Positions 19,544 through 27,903 of a stretch of 64,000 nucleotides of DNA are shown here, piece after piece (position 1 is the stretch's first letter; every line of letters begins with the position of its first letter). Where the stretch lies: positions 106,839-170,838 of the forward strand of contig CAYPLB010000001.1 of assembly GCA_964411565.1 (NCBI GenBank), written 5' to 3'. This DNA comes from Candidatus Woesearchaeota archaeon. Its GTDB lineage: Archaea > Nanobdellota > Nanobdellia > SCGC-AAA011-G17 > GW2011-AR17. Under the pieces are notes generated by a model, which saw only the letters and a program-made list of their open reading frames with translations, had not been told where the DNA came from and searched no databases. A program made the translations under genes and the position numbers.

Positions 19544-20573
19544 GAAGTCTTGTTACTTCGTAGATTCTCAAGGATAATGTATTTGGATCTGATGTTCTTT
19601 CAGTTAATAATTTGGTTTTTGAATTTAAGTTTCTTCTGAATTGTTTTTCTAATGCTGTTTTAAACATCTTTGATGGTTTATTGAAGTGTTCTTTGAATGT
19701 GTAAATAAAAAATGCAGTTTCAATTCCTGAAGGATTGTAAGCAAAACCATACTTGCTTTTTTCTGCGATTTTTAAGTGTTCTTTACTTAAAGCATATTGA
19801 GTTAGCTTTTTGAATTTTTTTGATCTCCAAAATGAATGGGAAGGAAATTTTTGTTTTAACATTGCTAGAGCATAAAGATTGAATGCATGGTAAGCAGCTT
19901 CTTTTTTGTAAAGATATCTTTTTGAAGTTTTGTTCTTTAAAAAATTTAATGGAGTAATTATTTGAGGATAAATGAAATGTCTTATTAATCCATTTTTGTG
20001 AATATGTAAGTTATTTTCAAGCTCGTCCATGAATTTGTTAACCTCTTTTCCAATACTGTCTTTTTTGGAATTAGAAATTAAAGAAGAACAAGCAGCAAAC
20101 CAAAGTTGGTGATTAAATGTTAAATCTAGGAATAATTCTCTTCCATTTATTTCTCTTTTTTTCCAATAGGATAGAAAATTGTGGTAGTTTATGTAGTGGA
20201 AAGTCTGTTTTGCTAAGTTTTTATATTTTATCTCTTTAGTGTTTTCATAAGCAATCATTAAAGCTTCTATTGACCAGGCTTGTCCAATTAAACCATTACA
20301 TTTGTCTTTACCTTTTTTGTTTCTATAATAAAAAGTATAATTGTGTGGTCTAGCTTCTTTTAAGAAAAGAAAATTTATGTGTTTTATAGCAGCTTTTTTG
20401 TATTTTATCTTTTTTGTAATTTTATAAGCTTTGAAGAATAAAATAGAAAGGTGTGCATGAGTTCTAACCATTGTTTCGGGATCTTTGTAAGGACCATTGT
20501 GACCTGATTTGGTTTTACTTTTAAGAAAATAATCTGCATTTTTTATTATTATAGTATTAAGGTCTGTTTTCAT
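19521..20573 (-). CDS. aglQ: AglQ-like protein (alpha/alpha barrel, putative sugar epimerase/isomerase of N-glycosylation)
   Basis: GHNGPYKDPETMVRT, DKCNGLIGQAW, DLTFNHQLWFAA, YHAFNLYA and YGFAYNPSG motifs typical of the AglQ family. Confidence 0.8.
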   Translation of the reverse strand: MKTDLNTIIIKNADYFLKSKTKSGHNGPYKDPETMVRTHAHLSILFFKAYKITKKIKYKKAAIKHINFLFLKEARPHNYTFYYRNKKGKDKCNGLIGQAWSIEALMIAYENTKEIKYKNLAKQTFHYINYHNFLSYWKKREINGRELFLDLTFNHQLWFAACSSLISNSKKDSIGKEVNKFMDELENNLHIHKNGLIRHFIYPQIITPLNFLKNKTSKRYLYKKEAAYHAFNLYALAMLKQKFPSHSFWRSKKFKKLTQYALSKEHLKIAEKSKYGFAYNPSGIETAFFIYTFKEHFNKPSKMFKTALEKQFRRNLNSKTKLLTERTSDPNTLSLRIYEVTRLPNLKLDF

Positions 20574-21972
20574 TTTTTAGATGTTTTTTGGCTTTGTAAG
20601 TCATTACACTAACCATAGCAATGTCAAATAATCCTCCATATAATGTGAAGAAAATCATGTAATATTCTAAAATACCAAAAATGCTAAAAAGAATTATACT
20701 GTGACATAAGAAAAAATCGTTTAACATAAATTCTTTTAGCCATCCTCTTTTCTTTCTCTCTTTTTTTACTTCATCCATTCCGAAGTTAAACATTACTCTA
20801 AAGTTATATTGAACTATTACAGAGAATTCTAATACTGCAAAAGCTGTGAATGTCCAAATCCAAACATATACTGAAGGATTATTTAAGTAAATACCCCAGG
20901 CTATTGCAAAGAATAAAATAGGGTTCATTATCCTATCAGCTATTTTATCGTACCAACCACCTAATGGAGAACACATGTCTTTTTGTCTTGCTAAATTTCC
21001 ATCTACAGTGTCGAAAACGAATGATAAATAGTAAAGTAAAGAAGCTATTAAAACATAAACATAAATTCCTGTTGAGTAGAAATATGATGCTACTATAAGT
21101 AATAACATGCTAAAAAAAGTTACTTGGTTTGGTGTAATTTTTGTATCTTTTATTGCATGAACAATGAAGTATGTAAGTGTAACATGAGGAATTCTTAAAA
21201 TATCTGTGTAAAGTCCTTCTTTGATATGTTTGCCTTCTCTAATTTCTTTTAATGAAAGTTTTTTCTTTTTTGTTTTTGTAGTTTGTTTATTGAATTTGTA
21301 AATTCTTAATCTTGTTTCAGGGAATTTGTTTAATTCACAACCCTCTTCAAACATGTTGTTATGTTTTATGATATCAAAACCTATACTCTTGAAGAAATTT
21401 ATGTATTGTTCTGGAGTTCTGTAAGTTGCACTGTAATAAGTTTGTAGAGCTTCTGAAAATCTTCTATTAATCTCATATCTGCCTTTGATACCTGTTCCAT
21501 CTCTTAAAATTATTTTTGTATTCTCATGTGAATATTGTCTAATCTTTTCTCCTAATTTTATTAAATCAGTATCATTTAAGTAAATTAAAAGTCTTGAGAT
21601 AAAAATTATGTCATATTTTGTTTGACTATCATATTCTTGAGCTGAAGCTTGGAAATATTTTATGTTGTTTATTCCTTGTTCTTTACATTTCTTTTTCCCT
21701 AAAGCAATTAAATCGAAACAATAATCTACTATATGAACTTCTTTAGCTTTTTTTGCAAATCTGAATGCCCATCTACCATAGCCACCAGCTAAATCTAGAA
21801 TGGTTTTATTATGTAAATTTGGAAGAAATTCGTCAACTCTTTTTTCTTCTAAGTCTGTTTTTAATTTTCTTAACCTATTATCATCTTCAAGATTAGTAAT
21901 GCCTTTGTTGTCACTATGTTGTTCTGCTCTCTTTTCCCAAAAGTCTTTTACTTCCTTTAAGTTGATTGCCAT
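20557..21972 (-). CDS. Fusion of a class I SAM methyltransferase (phosphoethanolamine N-methyltransferase-like) and a CDP-alcohol phosphotransferase
   Basis: N-terminal ILDLAGGYGRW...LLIYLND...ILRD...YRTPEQY; C-terminal ITPNQVT and a complete DxxDGxxAR-x8-GxxxDxxxD motif (DTVDGNLARQKDMCSPLGGWYDKIAD) with TM helices. Confidence 0.85.
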   Translation of the reverse strand: MAINLKEVKDFWEKRAEQHSDNKGITNLEDDNRLRKLKTDLEEKRVDEFLPNLHNKTILDLAGGYGRWAFRFAKKAKEVHIVDYCFDLIALGKKKCKEQGINNIKYFQASAQEYDSQTKYDIIFISRLLIYLNDTDLIKLGEKIRQYSHENTKIILRDGTGIKGRYEINRRFSEALQTYYSATYRTPEQYINFFKSIGFDIIKHNNMFEEGCELNKFPETRLRIYKFNKQTTKTKKKKLSLKEIREGKHIKEGLYTDILRIPHVTLTYFIVHAIKDTKITPNQVTFFSMLLLIVASYFYSTGIYVYVLIASLLYYLSFVFDTVDGNLARQKDMCSPLGGWYDKIADRIMNPILFFAIAWGIYLNNPSVYVWIWTFTAFAVLEFSVIVQYNFRVMFNFGMDEVKKERKKRGWLKEFMLNDFFLCHSIILFSIFGILEYYMIFFTLYGGLFDIAMVSVMTYKAKKHLKNENRP

Positions 21973-23201
21973 TTTAAGTATGATAATTTTGTATTTGTTA
22001 ATAATTTGTTTGATAAACTTAAATTTTTAGGTTTTTTGATTCTTGTATTAAATAAGAAATCCATGTTAAAGGTTGTGAATTCGTTTTCTTGCTTTGTTGG
22101 GATAGGTAATACTCGAATGCCTAATGGTTTGTCTAATGTTGATGATAAAGATGCTATATCTAAGATAATAGAGTTTAGCTCTTCTTCAAAAATGTCACCA
22201 GGTAAAGGAACCATGTCTAGACCACATCCGCAAACAGCTGAGTATGATATTAATGAGTCAATTGAAAATAATTTGTTGTTATTTCTTAAACCTAATTGTT
22301 CATCTTCTAATAAAGAAAACATAACTCCATTGAATCCTGTAGTTGGGATGTTATTTCTTTTCTGAATTTCTTTTAAGATGTCAGTTAAATAGGAAGTTAA
22401 GAATAAAGTTCCATTGCTACCAAGTTGTTCTAAACCTAAGAGTTCTATTAATTCTGCTACACTACTACCTTTCTCTGGATAAGGTGCAAGAGAAAAATCT
22501 ATTCCATGATATTTAATAAAATGTTTATTTGTTAAAACTGTTAACATTTTATTTATTTGATTTATTTTTGGAGATATTTTTGTTATTATTTCTTCCCTTA
22601 ATGAAATTAAATCTTTGTTTTCAGAAGAGTTGATTATTTGTATGAACTCTTTTGGAAGTTCTAAACCTGCTGAAATACCTAGTTCTTCTGAACTGTATGT
22701 GTATGGAAAGAAAGGTGTGTTTGCTTTTATGTTACAAGAAATACCTACTCTGAAATTATTATAACCAGAGTTATCTAATTTTGATACGTCTTTGATGAAT
22801 TTACTTGCAATAGGTATTGAATTGTAAGAAATGTTTTTGTTTTTTGCAACAATTAAATTTGAAAAAGTTTTTGAGTATCTTTTTAAGATTGTTAAGGCTA
22901 ATTTGGATAATTCTTTTGGATTCTCGGTTAAATCAAAAGGTATGTTTATCCATCTAATGTTTAATCTGTCTGCAAAGCTTGAAAAAGTTTCTATTTTTCC
23001 TATTATTTTTTGTGAATTTAAATCTGAATTTTTGTTTGTGATTGGAGTTAAGTTTATTCTAAATGTTCTAACATTGATGTTTTCCATAGCTAAAGCTATT
23101 GTTGTTTCTTCAAGAAAATTTTTTAGTTTTGATTCTAGATGTAATAAAGTATCAGATTCTATGTCAATAGGAATCCCAATTGTTATTGTTCTAAGATCCA
23201 T
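21957..23201 (-). CDS. DUF711 (UPF0210, PFL-like barrel) family protein
   Basis: MDLRTITIG, NTPFFP, GIDFSLAP, GFNGVMFSLLED, SAVCGCGLDMVPLPGD, KPLGIRVLP. Start placed at ATG 23201, overlapping the upstream stop. Confidence 0.85.
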   Translation of the reverse strand: MDLRTITIGIPIDIESDTLLHLESKLKNFLEETTIALAMENINVRTFRINLTPITNKNSDLNSQKIIGKIETFSSFADRLNIRWINIPFDLTENPKELSKLALTILKRYSKTFSNLIVAKNKNISYNSIPIASKFIKDVSKLDNSGYNNFRVGISCNIKANTPFFPYTYSSEELGISAGLELPKEFIQIINSSENKDLISLREEIITKISPKINQINKMLTVLTNKHFIKYHGIDFSLAPYPEKGSSVAELIELLGLEQLGSNGTLFLTSYLTDILKEIQKRNNIPTTGFNGVMFSLLEDEQLGLRNNNKLFSIDSLISYSAVCGCGLDMVPLPGDIFEEELNSIILDIASLSSTLDKPLGIRVLPIPTKQENEFTTFNMDFLFNTRIKKPKNLSLSNKLLTNTKLSYLKWQST

Positions 23202-25011
23202 TTTTTGTTTTCTCAATTAAATTAATGTAATCTAAAGGGGTATTTATCTCATGGAAGAATATATCTTTTATGTCAATAATGTTTATTTCAAAATTTTCTA
23301 AAGGTAAATTGATTCCAGCAAAAACATTTTTGTTGTTTAAACATCTTTTTTTCCATTCTCTTAAAATATCTGGATTTGAAATTTTGAATATTCCTGTTGT
23401 TTCAGGTTCATTTGAAAAATCTTCTCCAAAAAACATATCTTTTATTATTCCTTCTTCAGATTTACATCTTACTGTGTTATAACCTTTGTTTTCTGATTGA
23501 AATACAAATACTGAGTTATCTGGTGAAGATTCTATTAAATTTAACATTTCTTCGTCGAAAATTAAGTCTGATGATGTGACTATTGTAGGTCGGTCATCTA
23601 AAGCTAAACTTAAACTATAGCTATTTCCTGTGATTCTCCATTGGTCATTGTAAACATAATTTAAATGAGGATATTCTTGCATAACATGTAAAGCTTTGTG
23701 GCCTAAAACTACTGTGATTTCATAATCTTTGAAAAGCCTAGAATATTTTTCTATTAAAGTTTCTTGATTTTTCGGATCTTTTATGAAAAGTTTGTTTAAA
23801 CCATGAACTTTGAAACCTTGGCCTGCAGCTAGGATAATTAATCTTTTAGATTTATTTTCCTTTTCTATTAGAATCTCTCCTTTTAAGTTTTCTAATGGAA
23901 TATAACATTCACTAATTACTCTGGGAAAATTGTGTTTGACAGTTTTGTAAGGATATATGTCTCCTTGGTTTGCCCTTGCTATTACTGTAGGAATATCAAC
24001 ATATTCTTCTTTTCTTAAAGTCCAAACTTTTACATCTTCATAATTAAAACCTTGTGTAGGTATTTTTTTAATCCCCATTCTTATTGCAGCTTGTAATCTA
24101 TGTTGGCCGTCAAGAACTAAGTTGTGATTTTTTTCAATATAAATTGGTTTTAACCATGCACCATCTTTTTCAATTTTTTCTACTAAAATATTAACTCTTT
24201 CTTCATCAAAATTTTCTATATGTTTAAGTTTTTCAGTTTCTATGAAATTAATTTCTTTTTCTTTTGGTTGTTCTTCATCAAATTCTAACTCTACAGCTTT
24301 GTAGTAATCCTCTGGAGAATTGAAAGTTGAAAATTTATATTGGCTAGCATTTCCTTCAATACATGGTAAGTGATTTAAGTTTTCAATCCATGGTATTAAG
24401 AAATATTGTTTGAAAGTTTTTTCTGCATAAATGTTAACAAGTTTTTTGAATAAGTCAATTTCATTTGGACCCACTCTCATTAAACCTGTTAGTTTTGTAT
24501 GGTTTTTGTATTCTTCTCTGTATTCTGGAACTATTCTAATATCATTTATGTTACCTAACTCATCTGATCTTAAAATACCACCATATTGAGTATCATTAAA
24601 TTTTCCTTTTGTAAGCCAAGTTGATTTCCCTTCAAAGTCAGAACCAGCTAAATATTGTAATAATGAATCTTCAGCAATCATATCAGCTTCAACAATAATA
24701 AAAGGATTTTCTATATGATCTAAAGCAAGTTTCATAGAATAAATGTTAGTATCTTCAAAATATCTAGGATTTTCTACAATTTGTATTTCAATATCTGCTA
24801 TATTTTTTGTTTCTTCAATAATTTTATCTTTTGCAAAGCCCACAACAATTATAATTTTTTCAATATTAGCTTTTTTTAATTGATTGATAACTCTAGATAA
24901 GATAGTTTGATCTTTGTATTTCAATAAAGACTTGTGTTTTCCCTCACAAAGCAATCCCATTCTTCGGCTAGATCCTGCAGCTAGAATTATAGCCTCTTTA
25001 ATCTCGTTCAC
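23191..25011 (-). CDS. Three-domain fusion: LicC-like NTP transferase, SerK/SbnI-like ParB-Srx domain, second NTP transferase
   Basis: AIILAAGSSRRMG...KSLL; LKHIE...KPIYI...VLDGQHR...IYPYKTVKH; LIILAAGQG...GNSYSL...SSDL...EINTPLDY; GTG start. Confidence 0.85.
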   Translation of the reverse strand: MNEIKEAIILAAGSSRRMGLLCEGKHKSLLKYKDQTILSRVINQLKKANIEKIIIVVGFAKDKIIEETKNIADIEIQIVENPRYFEDTNIYSMKLALDHIENPFIIVEADMIAEDSLLQYLAGSDFEGKSTWLTKGKFNDTQYGGILRSDELGNINDIRIVPEYREEYKNHTKLTGLMRVGPNEIDLFKKLVNIYAEKTFKQYFLIPWIENLNHLPCIEGNASQYKFSTFNSPEDYYKAVELEFDEEQPKEKEINFIETEKLKHIENFDEERVNILVEKIEKDGAWLKPIYIEKNHNLVLDGQHRLQAAIRMGIKKIPTQGFNYEDVKVWTLRKEEYVDIPTVIARANQGDIYPYKTVKHNFPRVISECYIPLENLKGEILIEKENKSKRLIILAAGQGFKVHGLNKLFIKDPKNQETLIEKYSRLFKDYEITVVLGHKALHVMQEYPHLNYVYNDQWRITGNSYSLSLALDDRPTIVTSSDLIFDEEMLNLIESSPDNSVFVFQSENKGYNTVRCKSEEGIIKDMFFGEDFSNEPETTGIFKISNPDILREWKKRCLNNKNVFAGINLPLENFEINIIDIKDIFFHEINTPLDYINLIEKTKNGS

Positions 25012-25116
25012 GAGAGAAATCTATTCTATTTGCTTTTTAAGTTTTATGGAGTTCTTATATGTTATTTAGAGAATATTTACATAAGGCTTATATAGGATTT
25101 ATTTATTTTTTTAATT

Positions 25117-26121
25117 ATGGTAAGCACATTATTAAAATATTTTGAGGATATACCTCAGATTGGTTTTTTGTTAAAAGATAATTTTCCTTTGGCTAAAGCA
25201 ACTGGTGTTCCACAAGCTTTTGAAGGAGAAGAACCTAATTGGGATATGTTAAGAGAACAATTTGGAGATGCAATTTATATTAATAGAGGGACAAAGAATG
25301 AGTGGAGAGAAGTTTCTGTAGCAACACCTTATAATTTAGACAAAAGAATGATTCCTTCAGGAAGATTATTGAGAGTTCCAGGACAGAAAATAGATTCTTT
25401 TTCGGTACAAGCTCATAGAAGAGGTGCTTTAGAAGATTTTTCTTGGATGGAGACTGGACAATATTGTTTTGCTTTAACTCCAGATGGAAATAATATTATT
25501 GTTGGTACTAGGGGTGGATCAGAAAGTGTTGGAGAAGTGATAGCTTTGCCTGTAGGTAGTGTTGAATATAATCAAATTTCTGATGGTCGAGATTTAGCTT
25601 TAGAAGCAACTATTAAAGAAGGATATGAAGAAGGAGTAATTCAAGAACATGAATGGGATTTTATTAGACCTTTAGGAATTTATAGACAAGAACCTGGAAG
25701 TACAGCACCTTCAAATATTTTTATGTATCTAGGACAATTGAATATTCCTTTTGAAGAAGTTTAGAAGAGGCATTTGAGATCAATGTTATTGTATATGAAT
25801 GCAAGAGCTGAAGGAGCTTTTGAGTCCAGTGCTGATGAATCTGAAGTAGAATCTTTTGCTAGAAGAACTTTAGATAGAAAAGCAAAAGAAAATCCTGGAA
25901 TGTATGCAAGAGATGCTTGGGAGAATCAACATTTAGGTTTAATACCTGCTGATCCCGAAGAGTTAGTTAGTTTATTGAAAAAAACTGATGAAACTTTAAA
26001 ACATGGGATGTTTGGAGCAATGGCTTTATACATTAAGCATGTTGGAGGAGATAAAGTTTATGGTCAATTTATGGATGTTTCTTCAGTTAAAAAACAATTA
26101 ATTGAAGGAAGAAATTATTAA
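25117..26121 (+). pseudogene. Nudix-like hydrolase gene interrupted by one in-frame TAG (ORFs 25117-25764 and 25774-26121 share a frame)
   Basis: GAA GTT TAG AAG AGG CAT TTG, with TAG at 25762-25764; degenerate Nudix box LPVGSV...EATIKEGYEEG. Confidence 0.65.
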
Positions 26122-26126
26122 TTTTT

Positions 26127-26375
26127 TTATTTGTATATATTTTTTCTATGTCCAATTTCAATTACAATTATCGTTAACTTACCATTGTTAATGTCAAGTA
26201 TAGCTCTATATTTTCCTATTCTTAATCTAAAATAAGGAGAAGAAATTAATTTTTTTACATGAGCATGAGGCCTAACTCTTGATCTTTCCAAAACTGAGAT
26301 TATTCTAATTTTTTCTTCTTTATTGAGCTTTTTAAGAAATTTTTTAGCTTCATTTGTAAAGAATAATTCAAACAT
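26127..26375 (-). CDS. relE: RelE/ParE family toxin
   Basis: FTNEAKKFLKKL, VKKL, YFRLRIGKYRAI, IEIGHRKNIY. Confidence 0.9.
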   Translation of the reverse strand: MFELFFTNEAKKFLKKLNKEEKIRIISVLERSRVRPHAHVKKLISSPYFRLRIGKYRAILDINNGKLTIIVIEIGHRKNIYK

Positions 26376-26596
26376 TAGAGATCAATCTCCTTTTTAACTT
26401 CGTCAAGAGAATAAATTCTTCCAGCTTTTATATCAGCTTCAGCTAGTTTGATTCTTTTTTTTGTCTCTTTTGATAATTCCATTGAATCTTCAAGAGCATC
26501 CCAAATTATTTCTTCGTATGATTCTTTGTCATAAAGCTTTCTTTCTTTTAACTTTGTAAGTAATTCCTGACTAATTTGAATAGTTGTTGTCGCCAT
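26375..26596 (-). CDS. RelB-like antitoxin
   Basis: MATTIQIS...ESYEEIIW...EADIKAGRIYSLDEVKKE; TAATG overlap with relE; start placed at ATG 26596. Confidence 0.85.
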   Translation of the reverse strand: MATTTIQISQELLTKLKERKLYDKESYEEIIWDALEDSMELSKETKKRIKLAEADIKAGRIYSLDEVKKEIDL

Positions 26597-26598
26597 AA

Positions 26599-26634
26599 TG
26601 ACTATATAAGTGACTATAGTATATAAACCTTTTG
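26599..26634 (-). promoter_or_regulatory. TATA box plus a direct-repeat operator of the relBE pair
   Basis: TGACTATA at 26599 and 26611 (+ strand); minus-strand AAAAGGTTTATATA immediately upstream. Confidence 0.6.
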
Positions 26635-26637
26635 TTT

Positions 26638-27861
26638 TCACATTCCTTTGTAATTATATTTATAGAATTTCTTGTAAAATTTAGGTAAAGATTTTATTCT
26701 TAATTTATTCTTTTTTTTGTCTTTGAACCATAATGTAGATTTGTCTGGATAGTCTTCTTCAAATGTTGCTTTTGCTAAAATTACTTCCATATCTTCAGGC
26801 CAGAAGGAATAATCTGGAGTTAGATCAACACCCATCCATTTTTTTATTGTTTTATCCCAAATTTCTCTAGATATTGTGCCAAACCAATAGTTTAATTTTT
26901 TCTCAAAAGGAGCATTTAGATATTTTTCTTTCTTTGTGAAAGTTCTTCCAAATCTTCCCCATTCTAAAATTGGGAAACCTCTTAATCTTAATTTTGAATC
27001 TAATCTTTTTTCATATCTTTCTAAATTTCTTATTAATTTTTGTTTGTCCATTAAATTTTCTTTTAAGAATTTTTTTATTGTTTTACCTTTTGTAATTCCA
27101 TTTTCATATAAGTACATTGCTTGGACTGCTTTTCCATAGTTTTTTGGGAATGTAGGTGTATCAACATGTAACATGCCTCTTACAGGATCGTACATCGAAG
27201 GTCTGCCTCTTTCTAATTCTCCAGGATGTTTTTTACCATCCCAGAAAATGTGACCTATATGGTTATCGTAATGGTAAATATTTTCTAGGCCTAAACGACC
27301 TATAATGATTAAAGACATAACTCCATGAATAGATAATCTGTGTGGTAAAAATGCTAAAACATTGAAATCAAAGAATCTTTTTTTCTTTGCAGCTTTAGAG
27401 TTAATAATGAAAAACATATCATCAAAGTGGCCAGTTGGACAATCATGTCTGTACCTAGAAAATCCTAAACCTCGCATAGCAAATTCTTTTTTGTTTTTTT
27501 TCATTTCTTTAATAATTTTCAAAACTTGATCTTCTTTTAATGGCCAGGCATCAGTGTGTAAGTGCATAACATAATCTGCTCCTGCTTTTATTGCACCAGT
27601 ACAAGATTTTTTTATACAGTCAGCAACTCTGCATCTCATGTTAATACTGTTTCGCATCCAAGGCATATCTTTTGTAACATTAATATCATCGCCTCTTGTG
27701 AAAACATCAATGTCTAAATTTTTTATATGTGGTTTAGGACTTGGATGGTTACTACAAACAGAAATAATATAGTCACCTTTCCAATTCTTTCTAATAATAT
27801 CTATTAAAATAGCTAATTCTTCAAATTTGTCATATAAACTGATAGCAATTCCTATTTTCAT
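26638..27861 (-). CDS. Putative GT-A fold glycosyltransferase-like protein (divergent)
   Basis: N-terminal KIGIAISLYDK strand, IISVCSNH and YVMHLHTDAW (DxD-like position); located in a glycan cluster. Confidence 0.5.
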   Translation of the reverse strand: MKIGIAISLYDKFEELAILIDIIRKNWKGDYIISVCSNHPSPKPHIKNLDIDVFTRGDDINVTKDMPWMRNSINMRCRVADCIKKSCTGAIKAGADYVMHLHTDAWPLKEDQVLKIIKEMKKNKKEFAMRGLGFSRYRHDCPTGHFDDMFFIINSKAAKKKRFFDFNVLAFLPHRLSIHGVMSLIIIGRLGLENIYHYDNHIGHIFWDGKKHPGELERGRPSMYDPVRGMLHVDTPTFPKNYGKAVQAMYLYENGITKGKTIKKFLKENLMDKQKLIRNLERYEKRLDSKLRLRGFPILEWGRFGRTFTKKEKYLNAPFEKKLNYWFGTISREIWDKTIKKWMGVDLTPDYSFWPEDMEVILAKATFEEDYPDKSTLWFKDKKKNKLRIKSLPKFYKKFYKYNYKGM

Positions 27862-27903
27862 TGTAAAGAAAAATTAAAAATGTATTAATAAGTTTTTGGA
27901 AGA

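Noticed and set aside
22006..23579. Several + strand ORFs of 60-129 aa, and similar short antisense ORFs throughout the window
   Set aside because: They lie opposite confidently assigned genes, mostly use TTG starts and have shadow-like composition
23890..24260. Chromosome-partitioning ParB
   Set aside because: No HTH or dimerisation domain and no parA; the domain is embedded between NTP transferases and has SerK-like motifs
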